Under the pieces are notes generated by a model. That model ran no database searches and was not told where the DNA came from. It saw nothing but the letters and a program-made list of their open reading frames with translations. DNA of 62,659 nucleotides, the filler included. It is 7 parts of 7 records of this genome, joined end to end, with 100 filler letters (N's around TTAATTAATTAA, not from the genome) between each part and the next. Parts side by side here need not be neighbours in the genome. Positions count along the whole stretch, not along the records: positions 49,295 to 56,960 come from SRR31156797_21758; positions 57,061 to 62,659 come from SRR31156797_21784; 5 more parts are not named here. The stretch is one strand, 5' to 3'. Positions 49,295-60,061 of this stretch are shown piece by piece (the first letter of the stretch is position 1; each line of letters begins with the position of its first letter). Made by a program: the position numbers and the translations under genes.

Positions 49295-49719
49295 GCTTCT
49301 TCAACAGGCTCTTCCCTGAATTCCTCAGCAGGAGCAGTGTCTTTTACTTCAGGCACAGGCTTTTCTTCAGCACCTTTCACTTGAACAGGCTCCTCCCCTT
49401 TCTCCTCTTTCTGAGTAACATCCTCCTTTTCAGCAGCTGCTTCCGGTGCTTTTTCTTCCTGCTCCACATCAGATTTCACCTCCTCAGGCTCAGGCTTTGA
49501 TTCTGCTGGTTTCTTTTCGGTTTGAACTGCTTCCGGGGATGGTTTATCCTGCTCTTTCGGGCTTTCGGATTCCGGTTGGGCTTCTTTTCCTTTCACTTCA
49601 TGAGTTTCCTCAGTTTGTGAATTTGCTTCAACTTTTTTGTTTTCGGTTTGTGAAGTCTTCTCATCCTGGTTTGAATTTTCTTCTCCAGGAATTTGATTCA
49701 GTTGATCTTTCTTGTCCAT
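49295..49719 (-). CDS. Protein with acidic low-complexity N-terminus, 3'-truncated (possibly DUF349-type)
   Basis: E/K/P-rich open frame from ATG 49719 to the contig edge; family is a guess. Confidence 0.6.
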
Positions 49720-49937
49720 TACTTTTATTAACGTTACTGAAGTACTTATATGAGCGTTCTGGTTTTGTTTAAAAACCTGATATTTAGATTACCTGTTAAA
49801 AAAAGAGGTGCAAAAATAGCAATTAATCAAAACGACAAGCAATTTTGACCATTTTATAAAATTGAATACCCTTGCAGGTAGTGCTGATGGCTAAATGATG
49901 ATTCCCGCTGGAAACAGGAATATGAAGGGATTTTTCG

Positions 49938-50603
49938 CTAATTGTCTGGGTTTATCGTGCGTGTTTCAATCACCGATTTCATTTGAAGGGCATCAGCTGC
50001 GGAAATGGTTAGTCTTCCCGACGGGTCAACTTCAAAAACCACAAGGTAATCCACATCCTGATCCATCCCAAAATCATAGTTCATGTAAGTAACTCCTTTA
50101 GGGATCGGATTTCCCAGTTTCTTACTCATCTCAATATTTTTCTGCCAGGATGTACTCAACGGGATTTCAGCATCATTGGCAATCCGTTCTGCCTCCTGCA
50201 CGGCTGTTTCATATGCGCCCTCGTAAACCAGCGTAACGGAATTAAACATGCCGGTAAGATCATCTTTGGAGGTCATGTGAGAATATTCGGGAACGATTAG
50301 CATGTTTTCAGGAACCGACAAACCAATTTCTAAAGCCCAGGCTGGGAGATAGCTGGCAGCGGAAAGTTTTTCTGCTTTCAGTTGGAGCCGGTCAGCATCG
50401 TCTGCCAGTTCGGCCATCCTTAATTGATATTCAGCCATGGAGATAACACGCGACTCGTACAGCGCCTCAATCTGTCTGGCTTCATCCTGTAAAATCTCCG
50501 GAACTTTTATCCTGTCACCCGGTTTGAGTTCACGTTCCCCACGTTGAGAACTGCAGGAATATAGAAACAACGAAATGATAATGATCTGAAGAAAATAACG
50601 CAT
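49938..50603 (-). CDS. Hypothetical lipoprotein
   Basis: Lipobox LYSC after a hydrophobic stretch. Confidence 0.75.
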   Translation of the reverse strand: MRYFLQIIIISLFLYSCSSQRGERELKPGDRIKVPEILQDEARQIEALYESRVISMAEYQLRMAELADDADRLQLKAEKLSAASYLPAWALEIGLSVPENMLIVPEYSHMTSKDDLTGMFNSVTLVYEGAYETAVQEAERIANDAEIPLSTSWQKNIEMSKKLGNPIPKGVTYMNYDFGMDQDVDYLVVFEVDPSGRLTISAADALQMKSVIETRTINPDN

Positions 50604-50627
50604 GTCAAAATTTTTGAGATTAATAAT

Positions 50628-51554
50628 TTATTCCTTGCCAAAAAGACTGGTACTCAGGTAGCGTTCGCCGGTATCGCAGGTAATGATAACAAAATTCTTA
50701 CCGCTGTTTTCGGGCCTGGAAGCCACCCGTTTTGCAGCCCAAAGAATGGCCCCGCTTGACGTTCCTGCAAAAACACCTTCATGGCTGGCCAGGCCACGTG
50801 TTTCATCCATGGCATCATCATCTTTCACTGTAACAATTTCATCAATTATGTCGCGGTTAAGCACTTCAGGAATAAATCCTGCACCTATGCCTGCAATTTT
50901 ATGTTTACCTGGCTCTCCGCCTGAAATTACCGGGGATCCGGCCGGTTCTACAGCAATGACTTTTAATTGTGGATTTTTTGATTTCAGGAATTCCCCTGCA
51001 CCAGTAATGGTTCCGCCGGTTCCAACTCCGGCAACAAAGAAATCAACCTTGCCTGCTATATCTTCCCAGATTTCCGGGCCTGTGGTTTTGCGATGCATTT
51101 CGGCATTGGCTTCATTCCTGAACTGATAAGGGATGTAGCTTTTGGGATATTTTTCGCTTAACTCAAGTGCTTTTTCTATGGACCCTTTCATGCCGGCTGA
51201 TGAATCTGTTAAAATAACCTCAGCGCCATAGGCCTGCATCACTTTACGCCGTTCAACAGAGGTAGCCTCCGGCATGGTGATAATGAGCCTGTATTTTCTG
51301 GCTGCACAAACCATTGCCAAACCAATACCTGTATTTCCGCTGGTGGGTTCAATAATCACTGTTTCAGAACCTATCAGGCCATTTTCTTCGCCATGATTGA
51401 TCATGGCCCAGGCCAAACGGTCTTTTACAGATCCGCCGGGATTCTGGTATTCGAGTTTGGCGAAAATATTAGCACCGCATTGCCGGCTGCTTTCTTTTAA
51501 TTTTAAAAGGGGTGTACCACCAATTAATTCGGTAATATCATTTGCTGGTTTCAT
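50628..51554 (-). CDS. cysK: Cysteine synthase A
   Basis: NPGGSVKDR (PLP Lys), EPTSGNTG, GVGTGGT, GIGAGFIP and DTGERYLS motifs. Confidence 0.95.
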   Translation of the reverse strand: MKPANDITELIGGTPLLKLKESSRQCGANIFAKLEYQNPGGSVKDRLAWAMINHGEENGLIGSETVIIEPTSGNTGIGLAMVCAARKYRLIITMPEATSVERRKVMQAYGAEVILTDSSAGMKGSIEKALELSEKYPKSYIPYQFRNEANAEMHRKTTGPEIWEDIAGKVDFFVAGVGTGGTITGAGEFLKSKNPQLKVIAVEPAGSPVISGGEPGKHKIAGIGAGFIPEVLNRDIIDEIVTVKDDDAMDETRGLASHEGVFAGTSSGAILWAAKRVASRPENSGKNFVIITCDTGERYLSTSLFGKE

Positions 51555-51646
51555 CTTTCAGGTTTCGTTTACGTAAAAAACAAAACGGCGCAAACTACCA
51601 AGTGTTCAAATATTGATCGGTTAAAGCAAGGAAATACAGGTAAGCC

Positions 51647-52336
51647 TTAGCTGGAGGTTGTGGCAGCCGAAACCACTGCCGTCGTGGTTATGGTGGTAAC
51701 AATTGCTGCCTGAACGGCTGTAACGGTGCTATCAAGTACTTTGGCAATCTCGTTGTTTTTCATGATCTCTTTTACCCGTTTCCTGGCAGTACGTCGCTCC
51801 TCACGAATGAAGAAACTGGTAGTCATTTTGGTTGCACCAATTAGCGCTGTTAAAAGCATGGTGTCTTTGCCTCCGATTTTGCGTCCGATGACAACAGTGT
51901 GAATTTCAGCAATGATTTGCCTCCGTACTTTACCATTCCTTGCTGGATAGCGGTTATATCTAAATAATCCAAGTGCCTTCTTTTCTTTAATTGTTAAAAT
52001 TTTACGCCTGATTAGGCTTTCGCGAAGCAGACTTTTTAAATCTCGCATCAAACCCGACTGTGCGATACCGGAAATCCAGTTTTTTACTTTTTTCTGCCGT
52101 TTTGATCTTGCTATCCGTTTAATCACCAAGTCCAAAACCTCATCACCGGTTTTTTTTGTATTGGACAATACAACCCTATCGTTCACCAGTTTAAATTTTT
52201 CAAGTTCGGCAAGTTCAAGCATTATTGCTCCGGCAATACCATATGATGCAAAGCTTGCCGTATTTAGCATGCGCCCTTTTTCGGGGTGATAACATAATAA
52301 GAGGTATTTTTCCTTGAGTGAAATGTCGGATTCCAT
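51647..52336 (-). CDS. GPP34/GOLPH3-like family protein
   Basis: L.E..LLL...EKG, GIAGAIMLELA, TGDEVLD, WI and LGLF...RYP motifs. Confidence 0.75.
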   Translation of the reverse strand: MESDISLKEKYLLLCYHPEKGRMLNTASFASYGIAGAIMLELAELEKFKLVNDRVVLSNTKKTGDEVLDLVIKRIARSKRQKKVKNWISGIAQSGLMRDLKSLLRESLIRRKILTIKEKKALGLFRYNRYPARNGKVRRQIIAEIHTVVIGRKIGGKDTMLLTALIGATKMTTSFFIREERRTARKRVKEIMKNNEIAKVLDSTVTAVQAAIVTTITTTAVVSAATTSS

Positions 52337-52561
52337 AATTTCCTGAATTTTTTGATATCTACAAATGTAGTATATTTTTCAGGTTTGTTTTCCGATTTTC
52401 ACAGCAATTTTGATCTGATAAAATAAGCATTTGAATACCGAAATATCAATCTTTTAAAGAGTTATAAAAGCTCGTTAAAATTTGTTAAAGCAAGAATAGA
52501 CTAATTTTAAAAGGGTTCAGTTTTTTGTTCTTTTGCACGCCGAAAAAAAATCATAAAGCCT

Positions 52562-53503
52562 ATGGATATAGTAGTTGAAAATTTAACCAAAATTTACGGA
52601 ACCCAGCGGGCTGTCGACAACATCTCTTTCCGCGTTAAAACTGGTGAAGTATTGGGTTTTCTTGGACCAAACGGTGCAGGCAAGACCACTACCATGAAAG
52701 CGATTACCACCTATCTCAATCCTGATGAAGGAAATATTTTGGTGGGTGATTATTCCATTCATGAGCACCCTGAAGAGATTAAAAGACGGATCGGCTACCT
52801 GCCTGAGAGTAACCCGCTTTACCAGGAAATGCCCATCATCGATTACCTGGAATTTGTTGCAAAACTCCAGGGCATCGAAAACAGCAGGGTAAAAGAACGC
52901 ATCCTGGATATGGTTAACGTTTGCGGCCTTGAAGGAGAAAAACACAAAAAGATCAGTGAACTGTCAAAAGGTTACAGGCAGCGGGTAGGCCTTGCGCAGG
53001 CACTCATTCACGATCCTGAAGTGCTTATTCTTGATGAGCCCACAACAGGACTGGACCCAAACCAGATTGTTGAGATCCGGGAACTCATTAAAAAAATAGG
53101 TCGTGAAAAGACCGTTATCCTCAGTTCACACATTCTTGCGGAAGTTGAAGCGACCTGCGACAGGATCATGATCATCAACAAAGGGAAAATTGTTGCTGAC
53201 GGCACATCCGAAAACCTCAGAAAACAAGCCCAGGGCAAGGAGATCGTGAGGGTGAGGGTGGATGTTGAAGGCACCGGTGCTGATGCCAATGGCGTATTTG
53301 AAAAACTGAAAGGTATCAGCAGTGTTGAAATGGTTGACATCATCAACAGCCAGGAAAAAACATTTGAGGTGCAGAGTGTGCAGGACGCCTCATCACTGAA
53401 AGACATTTTCAGGCTTTGTGTGAGCAATGGCTGGACACTCATGGAACTTTCACCGATTGAAACCAAACTCGAGGATGTATTCCGTGAACTAACCATTAAT
53501 TAA
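52562..53503 (+). CDS. gldA: GldA-type ABC transporter ATP-binding protein
   Basis: GPNGAGKTT, GYLPESNPLY, LSKGYRQRVGLAQA and DEPTTGLDPNQI motifs. Confidence 0.8.
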   Translation: MDIVVENLTKIYGTQRAVDNISFRVKTGEVLGFLGPNGAGKTTTMKAITTYLNPDEGNILVGDYSIHEHPEEIKRRIGYLPESNPLYQEMPIIDYLEFVAKLQGIENSRVKERILDMVNVCGLEGEKHKKISELSKGYRQRVGLAQALIHDPEVLILDEPTTGLDPNQIVEIRELIKKIGREKTVILSSHILAEVEATCDRIMIINKGKIVADGTSENLRKQAQGKEIVRVRVDVEGTGADANGVFEKLKGISSVEMVDIINSQEKTFEVQSVQDASSLKDIFRLCVSNGWTLMELSPIETKLEDVFRELTIN

Positions 53504-53577
53504 GCGGAAAAACCGTTTTTTTAGTTATCGGAATACTTCAAAATCAACAGAATTAAAAATTTAAATCAACGATAAAA

Positions 53578-54297
53578 ATGAAGCAGATTTGGGTAATTAG
53601 TAAAAGAGAATTACAATCGTTTTTTGATTCCCTGACAGCCTACATCATGCTTGTTGCATTTTTGGGATTCAGCGGCCTGTTCACCTGGCTTTACGGCCAG
53701 GACATTTTCTTTGTGAAACAGGCCAGCTTACAGGCATTTTTTGGTGTTGCATACTGGACATTGTTTTTCTTTATTCCGGCACTGACCATGCGTCAGTTTG
53801 CCGAAGAAAACAAAACAGGCACCATCGAACTTTTGCTCACACGCCCCATCAATGACTGGCAGGTGGTGATCGGGAAATTTTTCGCAACCTTGTTATTGAT
53901 CGTTATTGCACTGGCGTTTACCCTGCCCTATTATATTACAGTAGCCAACCTGGGTAACATCGACCACGGTGCAACAATCACCGGATACCTTGGCCTGATT
54001 CTGATCAGTGCATCATACATCAGTATCGGCATATTTACCAGCAGCATCTCCAACAACCAGATCGTGGGATTTTTGCTGGCACTGGCCATTGGTATTTTGT
54101 TCCACTTTTTATTTTCGTTTCTGGCAAGCAGCACAACTGGTTTAGTCGGCGACATTCTTTATTACCTGAGCATCAGCACCCATTTCGAATCCATTTCAAG
54201 GGGTGTACTCGACAGTAAAGACCTGGTTTTCTTCTTCTCGCTGATTTTCCTCGGACTGATCAGTACCGAAGCTGTTCTGCAAAAAAACAGGAATTAA
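53578..54297 (+). CDS. gldF: GldF-type ABC-2 permease
   Basis: IPALTMR.FAEE.KTGTIELLLT; NQIV; HFESISRG motifs. Confidence 0.8.
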   Translation: MKQIWVISKRELQSFFDSLTAYIMLVAFLGFSGLFTWLYGQDIFFVKQASLQAFFGVAYWTLFFFIPALTMRQFAEENKTGTIELLLTRPINDWQVVIGKFFATLLLIVIALAFTLPYYITVANLGNIDHGATITGYLGLILISASYISIGIFTSSISNNQIVGFLLALAIGILFHFLFSFLASSTTGLVGDILYYLSISTHFESISRGVLDSKDLVFFFSLIFLGLISTEAVLQKNRN

Positions 54298-54324
54298 TAA
54301 CCAAATCATTGAAACTACTGAATT

Positions 54325-55845
54325 ATGAAAAGTACTAAATCAATATTTTTCCAAATACTCATGATCGTAGGTGCATTGATTCTGGTCAATGTGCTTTCAG
54401 AGCGATTCTTTGTGAGACTGGATTTTACCGAAGACAGGATATATACGCTCAGCGATGCAACTGAAAATATTTTGAAATCACTGGATGAACCGGTGACTGT
54501 AACAGCGTATTTCACACGCGGCAGCCAGCAGCAAATCGAAAAAGCAAGACAGGATTTCAAAGATCTCCTGATAGAATATTCAAGTGTTTCGGGAGGCATG
54601 CTTAACTATGAATTTTTAAACCCAAATGAAGATCCGCAGGTAGAGCAGGAAGCCATGCAAGCTGGTATACAGCCACTTGTGATTAGTGTCCGCGAAAAAG
54701 ATCAGGTGAAGCAACAAAAGGTTTATCTCGGCGCAAAAATTACCATAGGTGAACAAACTGATATCATCCCGGTAATGCAACCCGGAGCAGCGATGGAATA
54801 TGCATTGTCATCATCCATCAAAAAATTGTCGGTAATAGATAAACCAAAAGTCGGCCTGATCCAGGGTCATGGCGAACCATCGATGAGCGCCTACCAGCAG
54901 GCCATGCAACAGCTGCTTGTGCTTTACGACTTACAACCCGTAACGCTTACAGACGAAAATACCACACTTGCCGATTTTAAAACACTGGCTATCATTGCAC
55001 CAACAGATTCTTTTCCGGAGCCAGACCTCCAGGCCCTCGACAACTACCTGGCCAGTGGTGGTAATCTTTATGTGGCATTCAACCGGTTTGAAGGCGATTT
55101 TCAAACGATGCGCGGTAACCCGGTTGAAACCAACCTGGCATCATGGCTGGAGGAAAAAGGATTGAAAGTTGAGAACAACTGTGTGGTTGATGCCAGCTCC
55201 GGAACAGTGGGTGTAAGGCAGCAAACCGGATTCATGACCTTTACCCGTCAGATACCTTTCCCCTACTGGCCCATGATCAGAAAATTCGACGAGGATATGC
55301 CAATCACACAAGGTTTGGAACAGGTGATGCTCCAACTGGCAAGTACCATAAATTTTACCGGTGATACATCCCTGTCATTTAATCCATTCCTGCTCACCTC
55401 TGAGAAATCAGGGACAATGCCATTGCCGGTATTTTTCAACGTGCAAAAAGAATGGGGAGAAAGTGATTTCCCACTTGAAAATCTTACAGTTGGTGCCATC
55501 CTCGAAGGGCCAATCGTGAGCGAGACCCCGGCCAGCATCGTTTTGATTGGTGACGGAGATTTTGCCATCAACGGCGAAGGCCAGGAAGCCCAACAGCGCC
55601 AGGCTGACAATGTGAGCCTGATGGTGAATGCCATCGACTTCCTGTCCGACGACACCGGCCTGATTGACCTGAGGACAAAAGAAGTTACTTCACGTCCGCT
55701 GGATGAACTGGAAGAAGGCAGAAGCACATTCCTGAAATGGCTCAATTTTGCCCTGCCACTCATTCTCGTAATTTTATACGGAATAATCAGATCACAAATG
55801 AGAAGAAGAAAACGCATAAAAAGAATGGAGGAAGGTTATGTTTAA
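54325..55845 (+). CDS. gldG: GldG-type ABC auxiliary protein
   Basis: RLDFTED..YTLS, EYALSSSI, GHGE, GDGDF and LRTK...RPL motifs; C-terminal TM. Confidence 0.8.
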   Translation: MKSTKSIFFQILMIVGALILVNVLSERFFVRLDFTEDRIYTLSDATENILKSLDEPVTVTAYFTRGSQQQIEKARQDFKDLLIEYSSVSGGMLNYEFLNPNEDPQVEQEAMQAGIQPLVISVREKDQVKQQKVYLGAKITIGEQTDIIPVMQPGAAMEYALSSSIKKLSVIDKPKVGLIQGHGEPSMSAYQQAMQQLLVLYDLQPVTLTDENTTLADFKTLAIIAPTDSFPEPDLQALDNYLASGGNLYVAFNRFEGDFQTMRGNPVETNLASWLEEKGLKVENNCVVDASSGTVGVRQQTGFMTFTRQIPFPYWPMIRKFDEDMPITQGLEQVMLQLASTINFTGDTSLSFNPFLLTSEKSGTMPLPVFFNVQKEWGESDFPLENLTVGAILEGPIVSETPASIVLIGDGDFAINGEGQEAQQRQADNVSLMVNAIDFLSDDTGLIDLRTKEVTSRPLDELEEGRSTFLKWLNFALPLILVILYGIIRSQMRRRKRIKRMEEGYV

Positions 55846-56818
55846 AAAACTGAATGCCAAAACACTGATCATCATACTGATCATTCTCGGAGGAATTTAC
55901 TTCATTTCAACCATGACCGGAAATAAGGATCGTTCCTTCAGGGATGTCCTGGTGAGCATCGATACTGCTGAAGTCACCGATATCGTGATCAATATCCCGA
56001 AGGAAGACCTGAACGTAACCCTTTCGCGCACCGGCCAATCACAATGGGAGGTTTCAGGAAACGGAAATACTTACCCGGCACAAAGCTCAGTGGTTCAGGC
56101 CATCCTGGCACAATACACAAAACTGGAACCCAAACGTATTGCCGGCACCAGTGATGCCAAATGGGAAAGCTTTGAAGTGAGCGATTCAACAGGAACCAGG
56201 GTTACCCTCAAAAATAGTGGTGATGTGCTTTCTGATGTTTATGTCGGGAAATTTTCATACTCACAGCCACCCCAGACCGGCGGGCAACAAAACTTTCAAC
56301 AGCAGCAGCGCGGGACAATGACTTCGTACGTAAGGCTTGCTGATGAGGACAAAACCTATGCTGTGGATGGTTTCCTCAAAATGTCATATCAGGGTGATAT
56401 CAATGCCTACAGGAACAAAACCCTGTTAAGTGTCGATAAAAACAACATTTCAAAAATTGATTTTCAATACCCGGACAGGAAAATAGAACTTACCAAAGAA
56501 GGTACACAGTGGCTGATGAACGGGATGCCTGCTGATTCGGCAAATACAGCCAAATATCTGAATAAAATTTACAGGCTCAACAGCAGCAATTTTGTAGATC
56601 TTTCTACGCAAAAGGTGAGCGATGCTACCCACAAGGTAACTGTTGAAGGAAGTAATTTTACACCGGTTGTTTTAAAGGCATTTCCTGCTGCAGATACCAA
56701 CATCAAATATGTGGTGACATCTTCCATAAATCCGGGAGCTGAATTTGACGGAGCAAAAGCAAATCTCTACGAAAAAGTTTTTGTTGAAGAAACTGCTTTC
56801 CTGCCTGATATGGAATAA
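55838..56818 (+). CDS. DUF4340 domain protein
   Basis: N-terminal anchor; YVGK...YVR...YAV...RNK pattern; usual position after GldG-like genes. Confidence 0.75.
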   Translation: MFKKLNAKTLIIILIILGGIYFISTMTGNKDRSFRDVLVSIDTAEVTDIVINIPKEDLNVTLSRTGQSQWEVSGNGNTYPAQSSVVQAILAQYTKLEPKRIAGTSDAKWESFEVSDSTGTRVTLKNSGDVLSDVYVGKFSYSQPPQTGGQQNFQQQQRGTMTSYVRLADEDKTYAVDGFLKMSYQGDINAYRNKTLLSVDKNNISKIDFQYPDRKIELTKEGTQWLMNGMPADSANTAKYLNKIYRLNSSNFVDLSTQKVSDATHKVTVEGSNFTPVVLKAFPAADTNIKYVVTSSINPGAEFDGAKANLYEKVFVEETAFLPDME

Positions 56819-56839
56819 AATTTTTTATGCATCATATTA

Positions 56840-56875
56840 AAAAGCCTGGGGATGATTCTTCAGGCTTTTCTTTTT
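56840..56875 (+). terminator. Rho-independent terminator
   Basis: AAAAGCCTGGGGA-TGAT-TCTTCAGGCTTTT followed by CTTTTT. Confidence 0.75.
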
Positions 56876-56960
56876 CAGGGAAATTGGTTTACTTTACAAC
56901 ACTTTTTTGGTGTAGCACAGGGATTTAACCTGATTAATTCACAAACTTTGTAAGTTTGTG

Positions 56961-57060
56961 NNNNNNNNNNNNNNNNNNNNNNNNNNNNNNNNNNNNNNNN
57001 NNNNTTAATTAATTAANNNNNNNNNNNNNNNNNNNNNNNNNNNNNNNNNNNNNNNNNNNN
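56961..57060. other. Artificial contig spacer
   Basis: N44-TTAATTAATTAA-N44. Confidence 0.99.
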
Positions 57061-57314
57061 AACAAAAATTAAATAATAGCAATTAAAAGTAATTGGTCGC
57101 TGGCAATTGGAAATCATTTAATCCGGGATGCTTCCTTCTGAGTTACAAGAACCTTTCTTAACCCAAAAGAAAAGCTCTCGCCGGTTTACGCTCTTCATTA
57201 CAGCTTGCCGGCAAACATTTGTTTTTAACAGGCTTATTGCCTCTGTTATTCGATTTGCCTTATTCTTCGCAATAATCCCTGCAGACAAAAGCTCATTGGT
57301 AATTGAACGAACAT

Positions 57315-57344
57315 AAAAAGCCCGGCAAATAAATTACCGGGCTT
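57315..57344 (-). terminator. Rho-independent terminator of the DUF1080 gene
   Basis: Minus strand AAGCCCGGTAA...TTGCCGGGCTTTTT. Confidence 0.7.
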
Positions 57345-57368
57345 GCAAAATATTCAAGGTTTAATTTC

Positions 57369-58124
57369 TTATTGCTCCAATATTCGAATATTACGGAACC
57401 AAACATCATCGCCATGATCCTGGAAGCCAATATATCCTTCTTCGGCAACATCGGCCCAATTCGGATTTAATCCCGGGAATTTGGAGTCTTTTACCATGGC
57501 TTTCCAATCATCGGTCCACAAGTGGTATTCAACAACTGTTTCACCATTCATGCGGTGCCATACACTTCCGCGGTAAACTTCAATTTCAATTTCGTTCCAT
57601 TCGCCTGCCGGTTTTGCATTCTGAGGCTTTGCCGGAATCATATCGTACAATGAGCTGGCCTTACGATTTCCATCTTTTCCCATACGTGCATCAGGGTGCT
57701 TTTCGTTATCCAAAACCTGGCACTCGGGAGCCGTTTTGTAAATAGGCCATCCGTCAACTTCTTGTCCCAGGTAAAAAATACCCGAGTTACCGCCTTCCGA
57801 AATTTTCCATTCTAATTTTAAACGGAAGTTTGAGAACTTTTTATCAAAAATGATGTCGCCACCGTCAGAATGACCAGCTTCTCCACGACCGGATCCCTTG
57901 AAATGTAAGGTACCATCAACAACTTCCCATGCGGTTGGGAAATGCTCTTTGTTGTAGCCACGCCACCCATCGCTTGTTTCACCATCGAAAAGCAACACCC
58001 AGCCTTCTTCTTTCTCTTGTTTTGTTAATTGATTAGGAGCAGACGAGCCACCCATTTTTGTACTCTTACATGAAATTGTTAAAATAAAGGCAACAACCAT
58101 CATAAGTGAAAAAACTTTTTTCAT
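57369..58124 (-). CDS. DUF1080 (3-keto-disaccharide hydrolase-like) lipoprotein
   Basis: Lipobox TISC; LLFDG, GNSGIFY, PECQVLD, SLYD, GEWN and QDHG...FRNI motifs; ATG 58124. Confidence 0.9.
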   Translation of the reverse strand: MKKVFSLMMVVAFILTISCKSTKMGGSSAPNQLTKQEKEEGWVLLFDGETSDGWRGYNKEHFPTAWEVVDGTLHFKGSGRGEAGHSDGGDIIFDKKFSNFRLKLEWKISEGGNSGIFYLGQEVDGWPIYKTAPECQVLDNEKHPDARMGKDGNRKASSLYDMIPAKPQNAKPAGEWNEIEIEVYRGSVWHRMNGETVVEYHLWTDDWKAMVKDSKFPGLNPNWADVAEEGYIGFQDHGDDVWFRNIRILEQ

Positions 58125-58328
58125 CGTAATGTTATTTAATTGGTTAAAGATTATAATATAGTTAATCGTTAGATTGTACACGAAAGTACAAAAATTGTAA
58201 AAACAAAAGTGTTCAGCAGAAAAAAGAAATTATAAAGAATTCGGTAATAGCAGCTGGCACCTTTAGTTTTATGTAGTTCTTTTATACCTTTGTAGGTTAG
58301 ATACAAGATTATTTGACCAAAATATATT

Positions 58329-59372
58329 ATGAGTACAACAAAGCCAAAAAGAATTGGGATTTTAACTGCAGGAGGAGATTGCCCCGGGTTAAATGCAGCG
58401 ATTAGAGGAGTTGGAAAAACAGCAATTGTTGAGTACGGCATGGAAGTTTTAGGGTTTAATGCCGGGTATTCGGGTCTGATTAATGGCGATTATATCGAAT
58501 TAAAAGAATCGGCACTTTCGGGTATACTAACACTTGGAGGTACCATACTTGGCACATCGCGGGAGAAACCCTACAAAATGGTTAAAAACGGGAAAAATGA
58601 TACCGACAAACCAGAAAAGATTAAAAAAAATTATAAAGAACTTGGTCTTGATGCCGTAGTTTGTATTGGTGGTAATGGAACCATGAAAACCGCAAACATG
58701 TTGGCCAAAGAAGGACTAAACGTAATTGGTATTCCGAAAACCATCGACAATGATGTTTGGGGAACCGATGTTACTTTTGGATTTGATTCGGCTGTTGGAA
58801 TTGCTACTGATGCTTTAGACCGACTACATACCACAGCCAACTCGCACCAACGGGTAATGATTATTGAAATTATGGGACACCACGCCGGATGGCTGGCGTT
58901 ATACTCGGGACTTGCCGGTGGTGGCGATATAATTTTGTTACCGGAACTGGATTACAATATCCGCTCGGTTTGTAAAAAAATTGAAAGCCGCTACGAAAGC
59001 AATAAGCCATATTCTATTGTAGTTGTAGCCGAAGGTATTGACCACCCGAAAAATGTATCGGCGGCTACCCATGTTGCAAAAGCGATTGAAACCTACACCG
59101 GGATTGAGACACGAGAAACAGTATTGGGATACATTCAACGCGGAGGTTCTCCAACTCCGATGGATAGGATATTAGCTACACGTTACGGTGCTTTTGCTGC
59201 CAGATCGATAGCCGAAGAAAACTTTGGAACAATGGTAGCAATTAGAAATAATCAATTAACAACTGTGCCCTTGGAAGAAGTGGGAGGAAAACTTCGTTTG
59301 GTTGAACAAGATAATCCGCTAATTGCCAAAGCACGGAAAATGGGTGTTTCTTTTGGTGATGAGTACCTTTAA
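58329..59372 (+). CDS. pfkA: 6-phosphofructokinase (PfkA family)
   Basis: GGDCPGLN, GGTILGTSR, GGNGT, PKTIDND, EIMGH and LGYIQRGG motifs. Confidence 0.93.
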   Translation: MSTTKPKRIGILTAGGDCPGLNAAIRGVGKTAIVEYGMEVLGFNAGYSGLINGDYIELKESALSGILTLGGTILGTSREKPYKMVKNGKNDTDKPEKIKKNYKELGLDAVVCIGGNGTMKTANMLAKEGLNVIGIPKTIDNDVWGTDVTFGFDSAVGIATDALDRLHTTANSHQRVMIIEIMGHHAGWLALYSGLAGGGDIILLPELDYNIRSVCKKIESRYESNKPYSIVVVAEGIDHPKNVSAATHVAKAIETYTGIETRETVLGYIQRGGSPTPMDRILATRYGAFAARSIAEENFGTMVAIRNNQLTTVPLEEVGGKLRLVEQDNPLIAKARKMGVSFGDEYL

Positions 59373-59397
59373 AAAATGATGAATATAAGCAGTAATG

Positions 59398-59434
59398 AAA
59401 AAACGCTCTGATTACACTCAGTGCGTTTTTTTTT
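59398..59434. terminator. Bidirectional terminator between pfkA and rsmG
   Basis: AAAAAACGCTCTGA...TCAGTGCGTTTTTTTTT. Confidence 0.7.
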
Positions 59435-60053
59435 ATAATGGTAAGTGCAAAACCTTTTTTGTTTCAAAAAATTCTTCTTCAAAATATTCCTCAAGGTTCT
59501 GAAGAAAGACCTTTTTCCCAAAGGGCTTTATCTCTTCTGTTAAGTCACCGCCTTTCAGGTAAATTACTCCGTTTGGCATAGCATTAAACTGTTCCTTCGA
59601 GATATTTTTTCTAATCCAGTTCACAAATTCAGGCAAGCGTGTAACCGCCCTGCTAACCACAAAATCGTATTTATTTTTAAGCTGTTCTGCCCGAACCTGA
59701 TCAGCCATTACATTTTTCAAACCCAACGAATTTTTTACACCGTTAACAACTTTTATTTTTTTTCCAATTGAATCAACTAAATGAAACTGTACTTCCGGAA
59801 ATAGAATGGCTAAAGGAATTCCAGGGAATCCACCTCCGGTTCCCACGTCGAGTACTTTTGTTTTAGCCACAAACTTTGTAAACTTGGCAATACCCAGTGA
59901 ATGCAATACATGGCGCTGATAAAATTCCGAGAAATCTTTTCTTGAGATTACATTAATCTTAGCATTCCAATCGGCATATAAAGGTTCCAATTGTTTAAAC
60001 TGGTCAATCTGGGAGGCGGTTAAATCAGGAAAATACTTCAGAATAATATCCAT
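59433..60053 (-). CDS. rsmG: 16S rRNA m7G527 methyltransferase RsmG (GidB)
   Basis: WNAKINVISR, HVLHSL, DVGTGGGFPG, SRAV and LKGG motifs. Confidence 0.95.
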   Translation of the reverse strand: MDIILKYFPDLTASQIDQFKQLEPLYADWNAKINVISRKDFSEFYQRHVLHSLGIAKFTKFVAKTKVLDVGTGGGFPGIPLAILFPEVQFHLVDSIGKKIKVVNGVKNSLGLKNVMADQVRAEQLKNKYDFVVSRAVTRLPEFVNWIRKNISKEQFNAMPNGVIYLKGGDLTEEIKPFGKKVFLQNLEEYFEEEFFETKKVLHLPL

Positions 60054-60061
60054 ACAAAAGC

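Noticed and set aside
49295-49719. Apparent repetitiveness in the E/K/P-rich ORF
   Set aside because: Low-complexity coding sequence without discrete repeat units; not a CRISPR array or tandem repeat.
51647-56818. GOLPH3-like gene next to the GldA/F/G-DUF4340 cluster as a novel trafficking system
   Set aside because: The genes are divergently transcribed and both are widespread independently; nothing in the sequence links them, and GldAFG-type clusters alone do not imply gliding.
7900-57060. Six recurring TTAATTAATTAA motifs and apparent archaeal/bacterial gene juxtapositions
   Set aside because: These are artificial N-padded contig joiners. Adjacency across them is not biological, so no horizontal transfer or cross-contig operon is inferred.
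57061-57316. Short ORFs at the start of the last contig
   Set aside because: No motif, RBS context or coding signal; the adjacent hairpin is explained as the DUF1080 terminator.
58329-59372. GGNGT in place of GGDGS in PfkA
   Set aside because: A common variant among PfkA-family members with PKTIDND; not unusual.
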